A stretch of DNA of 64,000 nucleotides, taken from NCBI GenBank assembly GCA_028719205.1, contig JAQUKH010000005.1:1-64000 (forward strand), read 5' to 3'. The notes under the pieces were generated by a model. That model saw only the letters and a list, made by a program, of their open reading frames with translations. It had not been told where the DNA came from and searched no databases. Source of the DNA: a bacterium (GTDB lineage Bacteria > JACRDZ01 > JAQUKH01). The translations under genes were made by a program, and so were the position numbers. Position 1 is the stretch's first letter; each line of letters begins with the position of its first letter. This document shows, in pieces, positions 30,653-40,863 of this stretch.

Positions 30653-32074
30653 TTAAGGCTGAAAATCGTCATACGGATTTAATTTGCCTTGCGCGTATGC
30701 CGTTCTTGCAAATGGCATATAGTCAGGATGGTGAAACTGGTGGCATATTTCGTCCGCAAAAAGGATCCCAAGCGGGGTAAGACCAAGCATTTTATCGTTT
30801 TCATAAAGTAAATTGAATTCTTTTAATTTTTCTATCTTCTTCCTGAAAATTGTATCCAATGACACTCCGGTTATTCTCTGGTAATATTTCTTGTTAACTT
30901 CCCGGTTTTTTAAAGGTAATATAAGCGCCCAACGCAATTGGGCATCCCTGTTTCTTACCAGCCCCCTGTCAACGGGCAGTTTACCCTGGTTTATCAAATA
31001 ATAATATTTATCAAAATACTGGGTATTCAGGCCGAATCTGTCTCTCAGGCTGCTGAACGCGGTCAGCCCAAAACCTATCTCATCAAAAAGGTTGCAGCAC
31101 TGGTTATTCGCATAGTGGGAAAAATCATCTTGTGTTTTACTGAAAACACGCCTCAAATTTTCATTATACCCGTTTTGAGATAAAAGTAAGATCGCAATTT
31201 CTTTCATCATAATTGCCCGTTTGAGCCCAAAATATTCCTTTCTCTCTTTAACGGATTTTTTCAAGATCGATCCCATATGATCCCCATATGGAATAATTTT
31301 GAGGCGATATAACTGGATCTCATCCGCACCAAGGGAAACAGCTTTTTCCACCGTCTCGATCCAGGCTTCAATTGTCTGTCCGGGATACCCATAAATAAAT
31401 TCTATATTAACCTTAAATCCCATTTTTTTTGTAATATCGATAGCTTCAATTGCTTCTTTCACGGTATGCGGACGGTTCATCTTTTTTAGTATTTCATCAT
31501 CAAGTGACTGGATCCCTATAGTTAACCGGTCCACACCAAATGATTTTAATATTTTAAGCCTCTCCCCTCCTTCCTTCCCGAGAAGCGTTAAAGGATCTAC
31601 GTCATAAGAAAATTGAGTGCATGAGTTCAAATCCACCCTACTTGAAAATGAACGCAGAAATTTTTCAAGCCTTGCAGGAATCAGGTAGGTGGGAGTCCCG
31701 CCGCCTATAAGGATTGAACGGGGTTTGATCGTTTTTAAACCCAGGCGGTTCATATAAATATCCATTTCCTTCTCCAGCATATTCAGGTAATGGTCTTTTT
31801 CCTCATCAGGGGCCCCGATCTTAACCGGATAGTGGCAAAAAACACAATATTTCATACAAAAAGGAATATGAACATAAATGTCAAACAAATTACCGGATGG
31901 GTTGGCATATCCTTTAAACAAGGTTTTTTCATCAATGGGCGGATACATATTGATCGGAGGGTAATGGACAGAAGGGAAAAATTGCCCGTCGAGACAAATA
32001 AGCCCTTCTTTCTGCAATTTATTTAAATCTTTTATTCGTTCTTCCGCGTCTTTAAGCAGCTTTGCCTTTATCAT
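30653..32074 (-). CDS. HemN-like (class C) radical SAM enzyme
   Basis: YVHIPFCMKYCVFCHY, IGGGTPTYL, RLTIGIQS and IYGYPGQT; HemN_C-like C-terminus (LTPLGILFADEI). Confidence 0.9.
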   Translation of the reverse strand: MIKAKLLKDAEERIKDLNKLQKEGLICLDGQFFPSVHYPPINMYPPIDEKTLFKGYANPSGNLFDIYVHIPFCMKYCVFCHYPVKIGAPDEEKDHYLNMLEKEMDIYMNRLGLKTIKPRSILIGGGTPTYLIPARLEKFLRSFSSRVDLNSCTQFSYDVDPLTLLGKEGGERLKILKSFGVDRLTIGIQSLDDEILKKMNRPHTVKEAIEAIDITKKMGFKVNIEFIYGYPGQTIEAWIETVEKAVSLGADEIQLYRLKIIPYGDHMGSILKKSVKERKEYFGLKRAIMMKEIAILLLSQNGYNENLRRVFSKTQDDFSHYANNQCCNLFDEIGFGLTAFSSLRDRFGLNTQYFDKYYYLINQGKLPVDRGLVRNRDAQLRWALILPLKNREVNKKYYQRITGVSLDTIFRKKIEKLKEFNLLYENDKMLGLTPLGILFADEICHQFHHPDYMPFARTAYAQGKLNPYDDFQP

Positions 32075-32102
32075 AATTCCTGCTATGTAATAACTATTTC
32101 AC

Positions 32103-32196
32103 AAAAAAAACCCCCATATCAAACACGACAAAACTTTTGTCCATCTTTAAAACTAAGCATAATGAAAACGGACATAATCTGTTTGATATGGAGGTT
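32103..32196 (-). terminator. Long hairpin with U-tract (terminator or attenuator) between the peptide ORF and the radical SAM gene
   Basis: Minus-strand AACCUCCAUAUCAAACA pairs with UGUUUGAUAUGGGGGUU, followed by a U-run. The G-U wobble works only on the minus strand. Confidence 0.8.
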
Positions 32197-32220
32197 ACTT
32201 ATAACTGCCTGGCATAAAAA

Positions 32221-32286
32221 TTAACAAGGATGAACATAAGAACTAGCTACAATTTTTGGAGCAAAATACTTAATTTTATTTTTCAT
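32221..32286 (-). CDS. 21-aa peptide, candidate RiPP precursor or leader peptide
   Basis: GGAAGGAG RBS, then MKNKIKYFAPKIVASSYVHPC*; upstream TTGACT...TATAAT promoter-like sequence near 32420-32451. Confidence 0.6.
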   Translation of the reverse strand: MKNKIKYFAPKIVASSYVHPC

Positions 32287-32466
32287 TTACTACTCCTTCC
32301 TTTTAAAAAACTCTTTCTAAATGATTATACTTAATTACAAGAAAAAAGTTTCCTTCTTATTTGTTTTATTTATCGTCACATTTGTCAATTATTTTATACA
32401 TAAAAAAGCATTCGGTTTATTATTATAATATGTTTTATTACCTTTAGTCAAGGAAAAATATGGGAC

Positions 32467-34131
32467 CTAATAGGGATATGGAATCAGTATACGCTCAGCA
32501 TCTTTTCCCTTATCCTTAGCTTTGTGTTTTTCAATATAGCTGTCCCACTCCAGCAATTTTTCCTTCAGTTTTGCTGTTATATCAGGTTTTTCAGAAGCTA
32601 TGTTTTTTTGCTCAAATGGATCATTTTTTAAATCATAAAGTTCAATCTCATCTATAGCTATTTTCTTCCTGGAAATAAAACTCCACCATGAAACCCTTTC
32701 CAGAAGAGATTTATCTTTGCGCAATATTAATTTCCAATCATTGGTTCTTATCGCAATATCATTGGGAGGATATTGCGGGTCATACTTTTCAAAATTTTGT
32801 CTAAGTATATTCCCATATTCCAGTTTTTTTTCATTTCCAAGGGATTGATCCATTTTCCACCTGAAATCCGTTCCCTTAAAGAACATATATTCCCAAAATG
32901 GAGTCCTTGTAGAATAAACAAATTCATTCAACCCGGCGCTTTTATCATTTTCAATCAAAGGCATTAAATTAATGCCCTGGGCCTCATGATTAATGGGAAT
33001 ATCCAGATAATCAAGCAGTGTAGGCATAATATCAAGACCCTGGGCCTGTGCAAGAATTCTCTTCCCTTTAAATTTACTTCCGGGAAATTTAATAATTAAG
33101 GCATTCTTTACTTCGGTATCATATATATCATAATGAGTAAAATATCCATGTTCACCTAAATCTTCACCATGAATGGAATGCAGAACAATAATAGTATTAT
33201 CGCTCAGGCCCAAACTCTCAACCAGAGAAAATAACCTTCCAATAAATTCATCGGTATAATATATACCCGCGTCATATCTTCCGATTATATGTTGAATATC
33301 TTTTTCCGATAAATTGTAACTGTCGGAAGAATCAAAATAATAAACATTTTTATAAATATGTGATATCAAATTGTAACTGATACTGCCATCTTTAGGCCAA
33401 ATATCCTGTTCATTGCCAAAACGGTAAAAAAACGGAGTGTAATCCGGAGCATCAAATTTGTTTTTATAAGAGGGAGGTATATCTCTGGCATACGGCCAAT
33501 GGACTGTCCCTATTGGTATCCATAAGAAAAATTTCTTATCTTTATTATCCTTAAGCCATTGCAGTGCTCCTTCGGGATTTTCTCTTTCACCTGCAAATTT
33601 TATTTTTCCCCCGGGAATTCCTGCTCTAGTGGTATCCGCAGGCTCAAAAACGTCAAACGATTTCCCAAATATTTTTTTAGATTGTATGACAAGCCCGTCT
33701 TTTCTTGTTACTTCAACAATAAATTCAGGACAACCTAAAAAAGCCGCATTTGTATAACCATAGTATTTCAAAATAGAAGGAAGTGTTTTTTCTGAAACAT
33801 TCGCCGATAATGCTTCATATGAAGTCATCCCGTTCACGCGGGGCTCCTGTGATGTAAAAATACTCATTTGGCTTATAGGTGTAAAAGCGGCTTGAGTTAT
33901 AAAATTTTCAAACAATACCGATTTTTCAGCAAAATCATCGATATTTTTACTTGTTTCCCTCTTATAACCATAACAGCCCAGATGGTCGTTCCTGAGAGTG
34001 TCTATGGAAATAAATATAATATTTGTATTTTCGTATTTTGGGCTGACCGCTTTTTCATTCTTTTCCCCATTAACAGACACACCGTTTAATAAAAAAAGAA
34101 TTGTTAAAAACAGAAATACGATCTTTTTCAT
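32467..34131 (-). CDS. Secreted sulfatase-fold protein with non-canonical active site
   Basis: Signal peptide, NIIFISIDTLRNDHLGCYGY, DIMPTLLD and ELYDLKNDPFE; no C/S-x-P-x-R motif. Confidence 0.82.
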   Translation of the reverse strand: MKKIVFLFLTILFLLNGVSVNGEKNEKAVSPKYENTNIIFISIDTLRNDHLGCYGYKRETSKNIDDFAEKSVLFENFITQAAFTPISQMSIFTSQEPRVNGMTSYEALSANVSEKTLPSILKYYGYTNAAFLGCPEFIVEVTRKDGLVIQSKKIFGKSFDVFEPADTTRAGIPGGKIKFAGERENPEGALQWLKDNKDKKFFLWIPIGTVHWPYARDIPPSYKNKFDAPDYTPFFYRFGNEQDIWPKDGSISYNLISHIYKNVYYFDSSDSYNLSEKDIQHIIGRYDAGIYYTDEFIGRLFSLVESLGLSDNTIIVLHSIHGEDLGEHGYFTHYDIYDTEVKNALIIKFPGSKFKGKRILAQAQGLDIMPTLLDYLDIPINHEAQGINLMPLIENDKSAGLNEFVYSTRTPFWEYMFFKGTDFRWKMDQSLGNEKKLEYGNILRQNFEKYDPQYPPNDIAIRTNDWKLILRKDKSLLERVSWWSFISRKKIAIDEIELYDLKNDPFEQKNIASEKPDITAKLKEKLLEWDSYIEKHKAKDKGKDAERILIPYPY

Positions 34132-36119
34132 TTTTTGTAATCCTCCCCTATAGACTTAAGGTGTTTAAATAGTTTTTGCTCAAGTTCATAGGCGATCCTT
34201 TTTTCTTTTTCAGCCAGATTATTCAACTCTTTCGGATCATCTCTTAAATTATACAACTCTCTTTCCCGTGTGTCTATTGAATGTATATATTTCCATCCAT
34301 CGCTTGTCCTTAACGAACGTTTAAATGTATACGATAAATAATCGGTTTCAGAAAAAGCATCTAATTTTAAATCCTCTCCATTCATTAAAGGAACCAGGGT
34401 AACACCCTGCATTTGATCTTTTATGATTTCATTATATTTAATATCCAGCATATCCAGCACAGTCGGCATAATATCGAGTGTTCTTACCTGGTTTTCTATT
34501 ACACTCCCTTTCTTGTCCGGAACTTTGATTATCAAAGGGACTCGAATTAATTCTTCATAGAGGCTGAATCCATGGTCAAATCTTTTATGTTCGTAAAACT
34601 CATTTCCTGAACCGGATGAAACAACTATTATTGTTTTATTCCCCAATCCCATTTTATCAAATTCATCAAAAAAAGTACCTAATTTTTTATCCGCTTCATA
34701 TATTTTCGCGTCATACCACGATTCCCAAAACTTTATATCTTCATCTGCCATATTTAAAAATCCCTCATTTACGCTTAAATCCCTTAATTTCCAATACTCA
34801 TCCACTGTACCTTTATATTTTCCCTTGTAGTTTGGATCAGCAAATTGGTTCTTGAAATCAGCGGGAAGTTGATAACGTCCGTGTACATCATAGCCCTGAA
34901 TAAATAAGAAAAAATTTTCATCCCTGTTTTTATTGATCCATTCTAAGGCCATAGGTAAAACGAGATCAAACCCCGCAAAAGTAATCTTATCATAATAAAT
35001 ATCAAACCCTAAATTATATCCGAAATTCCCGGCTACTCCGGCATCTCCGGTAAAACCGGCAGTTGAGTAACCGTTTTTTTTCAAAACTTGCGCCAGAGTA
35101 ACAGCGGAAGGAGAAAGTTCAGACAGATTAGAAAAAACCTTCTCTTTATCCGTATATATGCTATATTTATTAAGGATCTTATGTTGTGAAGGATATAAAG
35201 ATGTAAACCATGACATAAACGAAGGCAGCGTCCAACTGGAAGGGCTGACAGCATTTTTAAACAAAAAAGCGTTTTTAGAAAATTTATCGAGATTGGGCGT
35301 AGTATCTCTAAAATAACCGGAGGCTCCTGTATGATTTACCCCCAGAGGTTCAAATCCAATTATAATCAAATTATAATTTTTATTCGCATTCCTGTCTTTT
35401 TTAATGTCAGATGATTTTTCTTGTACGGTTTCAACTTTTGAACGGCGGACAATCGACCCGAAGATGCTTAAAACATCTTTTTTATCAAATTTCTCTTTAG
35501 GAATAAATAGCTCGATCTGATACAATTTTTTTTCTTTTTCGTTATAAATGAATATTAAAGCTCCGCGGTATGCTATAAGTTCCTCCGCACCGACTCCATA
35601 TGTAAACCTGGATGTACTCGACAAAATGAGGAAAGCAGTCTTTACCCCCTCTATTTCAATATATTCAACTTTGGGTTTAAACTCATCCGGGTATTCTATG
35701 GTATTTGAAATCATCCCCGGATAGGGGGAAGGTGTTTGATAATAGAGTGAATTTATTATATACTTTTTTTCTTCGATGCGCCTTTCCGCGGAATTGTTAT
35801 CAATATTATTTATAACTTCAATTTTAATTACACTCCCGTTTTTTTCCGCGGAAACCGTAAAAAAAGTATTTTCCCATTCATACATTGATATATTTTTTTG
35901 AATGACAAAGTCATCCGCTTTGCTTATTGATATCCCAAGCTGATCAAAAACTTCTCCTAAACTTGAGTTAAACGGTCCCGATTTATCGGGATCGCTTTTA
36001 CTCATTGTTATCCTCGGAGGGGATAATTTCTTTGTATCACAGTCTGTCCTGCTTAAGAAAGTATGTATAATTAAAAAAAATACGAACAATGGAATAGCAG
36101 TTCTATTTTTTTTCTTCAT
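34128..36119 (-). CDS. Sulfatase-fold protein with extra N-terminal domain
   Basis: TTPNLDKF, SSWTLPSFMSWFTSLYP, LYEELIRVPLII and ELYNLRDDP. Confidence 0.82.
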   Translation of the reverse strand: MKKKNRTAIPLFVFFLIIHTFLSRTDCDTKKLSPPRITMSKSDPDKSGPFNSSLGEVFDQLGISISKADDFVIQKNISMYEWENTFFTVSAEKNGSVIKIEVINNIDNNSAERRIEEKKYIINSLYYQTPSPYPGMISNTIEYPDEFKPKVEYIEIEGVKTAFLILSSTSRFTYGVGAEELIAYRGALIFIYNEKEKKLYQIELFIPKEKFDKKDVLSIFGSIVRRSKVETVQEKSSDIKKDRNANKNYNLIIIGFEPLGVNHTGASGYFRDTTPNLDKFSKNAFLFKNAVSPSSWTLPSFMSWFTSLYPSQHKILNKYSIYTDKEKVFSNLSELSPSAVTLAQVLKKNGYSTAGFTGDAGVAGNFGYNLGFDIYYDKITFAGFDLVLPMALEWINKNRDENFFLFIQGYDVHGRYQLPADFKNQFADPNYKGKYKGTVDEYWKLRDLSVNEGFLNMADEDIKFWESWYDAKIYEADKKLGTFFDEFDKMGLGNKTIIVVSSGSGNEFYEHKRFDHGFSLYEELIRVPLIIKVPDKKGSVIENQVRTLDIMPTVLDMLDIKYNEIIKDQMQGVTLVPLMNGEDLKLDAFSETDYLSYTFKRSLRTSDGWKYIHSIDTRERELYNLRDDPKELNNLAEKEKRIAYELEQKLFKHLKSIGEDYKK

Positions 36120-38157
36120 ATATTTCTTCTAATTTTTGCCCTTCGACAAAATCAGGTATTTTCATACCCATAAGTTGCATGATAGTAGGATACTGGTCCA
36201 CCATTTTGATCGGGTTTTTTAGTTCATAGTTCTTTTTAACTCCCGGACCCATTATTACAAAAGGCGTCCACACAGCTTTTGTGTCATTTGGTAAGATCCC
36301 CTGTTTATAACCGGTTATTAAAGGAGTTTCAAAAACAGTTAAGCCTGAATTTACCTCTTCATTCCAGCCAAAACCTTCTTTATTTGCAACTGTCAAATCT
36401 CCAACCCTATCTGTAGGAAGATCATAAAATTTTCTGGCGTCTTCCCATTTTACGACAGCAGCCACGGGCTTTTTGCCATCTTCATCTTCGAGATTATTGA
36501 GCATCTTTATAACTCTATTTCTTAACTCTTCATATTCCGCGCCGCTTGCCCTTGTCCATTTCCCGGCCAAACCTTTGGGGCTGATATAAATATTATACAT
36601 ATTTAAATATATGACTTTGGAATTTTCCCAATCAATTACAGGTTCTCCTGTTTTTTCATTTATAGTAAATTTTAAAAGGCCTTCTTTAGCAAACAGGCTG
36701 TTAAGATGCACCAGCCTGTTGAGAGGCGACATACCGTGATCCGAGCTTAAAACAATTAATGTATTTTCGTCAGCCTTTTTCAAATACTCTCCTAAAATAT
36801 CATCAAGCCTCTTATACATATTTAAAACTTCGTTCCAAAGATCCTTTCTCTGGTCGTTATCAACCATTTCATACCGTTTACTCGCCGGATCTATTGAACC
36901 AAGCCACCATCGGCTGCTGAGCATCTGGTTTGGCGTATAAATATCCTGGATAAATACATCCGGCCGGTATTTTTCCAGAATAAACTTTGCCGCTTTTGTA
37001 TGCCATTCAAAAGACATATCCGCTTCTTCCTTAAATGTTTCCTTATCTTCAGGATAATATATAAGCTGGGCGGGGAAATTGTCGGCAAAATCAACCATAG
37101 GCCCTGCATTATTTACAAGTTCATCAGAAACTTCAGGCGGTTTTGTTATATATTTATTCAAATTATTGTAAAAATATCTTACCCTGAAAAAAACCTTATC
37201 ATCCAACTCGTCTTTCTTTAATTTAATTATTTTTATCTTAAAATCAGAATTGACATCAAGCTCTCCCCATTTGAGCTGGATAGGATTCCACTGGCTCCAT
37301 TGCCCCTGGGCAAGATCAGCAATCACATTTTTTTTATCCAGAGAAAAAGCGATCCTGTTGTAATCTACTTTATTGTCATCCACACTGTCATATATATAAG
37401 CAAAAATATCCGTCCCCCAGCCTTTCATCTTTGCCTCTAACGGCTGGCTGAACGAGGCCGGTATATTATTCCAGCCTTCAGCAGGTTTAGCATCAACGTA
37501 CATAGTCAGTTCCGGCCCGAAATAAAATAATCTGACGGAACGGCCTTGTTTTTTTCGCTCCGATAGGTCTCTTTCTGACTGGAAATTCAGCGCGTGAAAA
37601 TCAGCTCCCCAACCTCCCCATCTTCCCCTTATGGTAATACCTTCATCAAGCTCGGGTGGAGTAGACCCGGGAATAGAAAGTAAAACAACTTTCTTGCCGC
37701 TTTTTTCCAGATTTATCCAGATAGGAGGAACCTTTTTCGCCGTTGAACTGAATCCCCCAATCGCCACTTTGTCTAACGGACGCCCTTCTATGTGCATCGG
37801 GCCGTCAGCAACACCATGCGTCTTAGGATAACTTCCTGTAAGAAGAGTGGCAAAATTAATCGGAGTATGCGAGGGGAACACAGGGATACAATACCCGTAA
37901 GAACCATTATCCATCATTTTCTTAATATTGGGAAGCTTTCCCTCTCTTGCCCATTCAAAAATTTTAAATAAGTCAGGCTCTGCCCTTACACCATCGGGAA
38001 TAAACCAATATAACTTTTGGGCCTTCGGAGAATCAGAGGTCGAATCTTCCGAAACGGCTATTACCCGTGGGGGGAAAAACTGAAACACCATAAAAAAACT
38101 TAAAAATAACATTTCTGTTATTATTCTGAAAATACTTTTCATTACAATATCCTCCAT
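36103..38157 (-). CDS. Alkaline phosphatase superfamily type I phosphodiesterase/nucleotide pyrophosphatase
   Basis: PDGVR, FPSHTPINFATLLTG, LSSDHG and DQYPTI. Confidence 0.82.
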   Translation of the reverse strand: MEDIVMKSIFRIITEMLFLSFFMVFQFFPPRVIAVSEDSTSDSPKAQKLYWFIPDGVRAEPDLFKIFEWAREGKLPNIKKMMDNGSYGYCIPVFPSHTPINFATLLTGSYPKTHGVADGPMHIEGRPLDKVAIGGFSSTAKKVPPIWINLEKSGKKVVLLSIPGSTPPELDEGITIRGRWGGWGADFHALNFQSERDLSERKKQGRSVRLFYFGPELTMYVDAKPAEGWNNIPASFSQPLEAKMKGWGTDIFAYIYDSVDDNKVDYNRIAFSLDKKNVIADLAQGQWSQWNPIQLKWGELDVNSDFKIKIIKLKKDELDDKVFFRVRYFYNNLNKYITKPPEVSDELVNNAGPMVDFADNFPAQLIYYPEDKETFKEEADMSFEWHTKAAKFILEKYRPDVFIQDIYTPNQMLSSRWWLGSIDPASKRYEMVDNDQRKDLWNEVLNMYKRLDDILGEYLKKADENTLIVLSSDHGMSPLNRLVHLNSLFAKEGLLKFTINEKTGEPVIDWENSKVIYLNMYNIYISPKGLAGKWTRASGAEYEELRNRVIKMLNNLEDEDGKKPVAAVVKWEDARKFYDLPTDRVGDLTVANKEGFGWNEEVNSGLTVFETPLITGYKQGILPNDTKAVWTPFVIMGPGVKKNYELKNPIKMVDQYPTIMQLMGMKIPDFVEGQKLEEIYEEKK

Positions 38158-38158
38158 C

Positions 38159-39178
38159 TTAGAATTGGCAAGTCACCTGACCTGTTAAGGCATTATTGCT
38201 GATTTCAGTCCCGCGCTCATTTTTAAGTTCATAATTAACCTGTAAAAATACTGATTTGTTAAAATACAGGTTAATACCATAAGTGTAGATATCCGTTTCA
38301 TCCCCGTCTATTCCCGTATCCGGGTCATAAGTATCGAATTTGATAATATTCTGAAATTTACCGGGTATAATAAAATAACCCGCTTGTACGTACCAGCCGT
38401 CTTTTTTCGTTACACTATCTTTACCTTTAAGATATTCCGCCTTTAACGAAACTGTATCTTTTACATAGCAAATTTCCGCGCCAATTCTATCGCGGGTATT
38501 TTTGCTTAACGTGGTATCCGTACTTAAAGTGTATTTTCCTGTATAATAAGAACCGCCTATTGATAAATTCTTTAATGGATGAAAAACCAGCCTTCCAGCT
38601 ATGTCTTTATGATTATTGGTATCGGGAGTGCTTATCCCTGAACCGTTAAAAACTCCTATGGCATAATCAAACAGGCCTCTTCCCTCAACCTGGATTCCAA
38701 CATCACGGACGCACTGGTTACCGATAACATCTTTGCTCCTTGATACCAAAGCCTCCACTACTTGCGAAAAATTGATAGTTTCCAGTTTCACGCTCGGGGT
38801 TAAATTTTCCTGGCTGATCGGAATTAAAAATTGGCCTACCTTTAACTTAAACTGTGAATTAAATTTATAACCAACCCACTGATCAAGAAGTTTAGCGGAA
38901 GAACCGCCAAAAATTGCGTGAAACTGATAATCAAAGCCTTCAATATCTCCTGTAATGACCAATCCTGCCAGCTTAATATCAAAGGAATCATTAATACTTT
39001 TATCCTGACGGTAACGTATGTGAGTATACCCGCTTAATTTAACAGGGTTGCCTGTAATTACATAAAACTTATCAGCAGTATCTTTTTTAACAACCGCGCT
39101 ATCCATACCAGGTTCTGCCGCAAAGGACAACGATACAACAACTAAAAAACAAACTGCTAACCAACTGAACATTTTCAT
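38159..39178 (-). CDS. Outer-membrane porin (phosphate-selective porin O/P-like)
   Basis: Signal peptide, KVGQF..P, RDVGIQ, amphipathic beta strands and C-terminal Phe. Confidence 0.78.
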   Translation of the reverse strand: MKMFSWLAVCFLVVVSLSFAAEPGMDSAVVKKDTADKFYVITGNPVKLSGYTHIRYRQDKSINDSFDIKLAGLVITGDIEGFDYQFHAIFGGSSAKLLDQWVGYKFNSQFKLKVGQFLIPISQENLTPSVKLETINFSQVVEALVSRSKDVIGNQCVRDVGIQVEGRGLFDYAIGVFNGSGISTPDTNNHKDIAGRLVFHPLKNLSIGGSYYTGKYTLSTDTTLSKNTRDRIGAEICYVKDTVSLKAEYLKGKDSVTKKDGWYVQAGYFIIPGKFQNIIKFDTYDPDTGIDGDETDIYTYGINLYFNKSVFLQVNYELKNERGTEISNNALTGQVTCQF

Positions 39179-39225
39179 TAAAGCCTTCTCCTTTTTTATT
39201 CTTTTTTAAAATTTGTTATAATATT

Positions 39226-40830
39226 TTACCAATAACCATGTTCTCTGGCATCCTTAATAATTTTCTCCGGGATTTCTTGAGTCGATGGACGGGCCGAGCT
39301 AAACTCTTTTGACCATTTAGCCCACTTTTCCATCTCTTTTTGTAAATTTTCTTTTATCACCGGATGTTTATCAGTAAGATTGATAAGCTCATCAGGGTCA
39401 TTTTTAATATCGTATAATTCGTAGGTCTCTTCATTTACTTGTTTATCTTTGTTTTTATCGGAACCCGAAAACTGAATCTCGTGGATCAGCTTCCATTTAT
39501 AATCTCTTATAGATTCATTTATACTCTGTAATATAGGCCGCGGCGGCGCCGATACGGCTGTTGTTGTGCTATCATGAAAAGGGCTATTCATGTTAAACTC
39601 TGAACCTGCATAGACATAATCATTAACGGAAATATTGCTCTTTATCAACGGAATTAAAGTCTTTCCCTGCATCCCCCCGGTAAAAGGAATATCCAATAAT
39701 TCCAATACCGTAGGCATAACATCAATTAACTGCGCCAGGCCATTTATTCTTTTACCTTCTCTCTGCGGTATCTTGATCATTAATGGAACATGGACGACGT
39801 CATCGTAGAGAGTGCCTCTTGCTATGCCGCCGCGGCCAAACCGGCCATGCAGAGCAAACATCTCTCCGTGTTCAGAAAAAATAATAATAATCGTCTTTTT
39901 AAGAACATTCTCATCGAGAGAACTTAAAAAATCGCCAACCTTAGAATCCACAGACAAAACCTCTTCATCATAGAGATCCCTCAGATAATCAATATCGTCC
40001 TGAGTCAAAATAACTGTCATTTTCTCGGGTTTGGGGATCGCCGGCTTTTGTATTCTTGCAGGTTGAGTCCCTGCAAAAGGGTCAGCTAATGATATATAAG
40101 AGGCAACATACTTATTATCAGAATTCTTAATGCCTATTAGGCTAAATCCGGAGTAAACGATGATATTTTTCCCTTTAGGATCGCTGAATATACCTTTAAA
40201 TTTTTCAGGAGGGGTAAAGGGAGGATGTGCATCATAACCATGAATAAATAAAAAGAATTTTTTATCCGAATTTCTGGAAAGCCAATCCCTGGCTTGAGTT
40301 AACGTTACGTCAAATCCCGTAAAATTAGGGTTATTGTCCGTTTCTTCAAATCCCAACATATGGCCAAATTCTTTATAATAGTCCAATCCACCGGTAAAAG
40401 CCGCTGTTTTATATCCGCTTTTTTTTAAAATATCCGGCAAGGTACTGATACTCTTATTAAGCAGGTCCGTCCTGTAACGCTGCATAACTTTATGGGTATA
40501 GGGATATAAGGACGTAAAAAGAGATGTTGCAACCGGTAGTGTCCACGAATCAGGGGAAAATGCATTATCGAAAACTGCCGCATTTTGTGACCATTTATCA
40601 AGATAAGGGGTCGTGTTCCTTTTATAACCGTAAAGGCTCATATGCTTTACGCCAACGTTGTTTATCGAAATCATGATAAGATTATAACCGCCATAGCGGC
40701 AGGATCCAATTTCTTCTTTTTCAATCCCTAAACTGATTGTCGTAACAACGAAGAAATTAGATAAAAAAACTACCATGAATATTTTTGACAAAACCGCCGT
40801 CTTTAAATTTCCCGTTATCAATAATTTCAT
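39226..40830 (-). CDS. Sulfatase-fold protein with non-canonical active site
   Basis: YGYKRNTTPYLD, DSWTLPVATSLFTSLYP, FSEHGE and ELYDIKNDPDE. Confidence 0.82.
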   Translation of the reverse strand: MKLLITGNLKTAVLSKIFMVVFLSNFFVVTTISLGIEKEEIGSCRYGGYNLIMISINNVGVKHMSLYGYKRNTTPYLDKWSQNAAVFDNAFSPDSWTLPVATSLFTSLYPYTHKVMQRYRTDLLNKSISTLPDILKKSGYKTAAFTGGLDYYKEFGHMLGFEETDNNPNFTGFDVTLTQARDWLSRNSDKKFFLFIHGYDAHPPFTPPEKFKGIFSDPKGKNIIVYSGFSLIGIKNSDNKYVASYISLADPFAGTQPARIQKPAIPKPEKMTVILTQDDIDYLRDLYDEEVLSVDSKVGDFLSSLDENVLKKTIIIIFSEHGEMFALHGRFGRGGIARGTLYDDVVHVPLMIKIPQREGKRINGLAQLIDVMPTVLELLDIPFTGGMQGKTLIPLIKSNISVNDYVYAGSEFNMNSPFHDSTTTAVSAPPRPILQSINESIRDYKWKLIHEIQFSGSDKNKDKQVNEETYELYDIKNDPDELINLTDKHPVIKENLQKEMEKWAKWSKEFSSARPSTQEIPEKIIKDAREHGYW

Positions 40831-40863
40831 CTGCTATCCGGATCAGCCCCTCCTCTGATTATT

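Noticed and set aside
30653..32074. True coproporphyrinogen dehydrogenase HemN
   Set aside because: It lacks the N-terminal PRYTSYP motif and there are no heme genes nearby.
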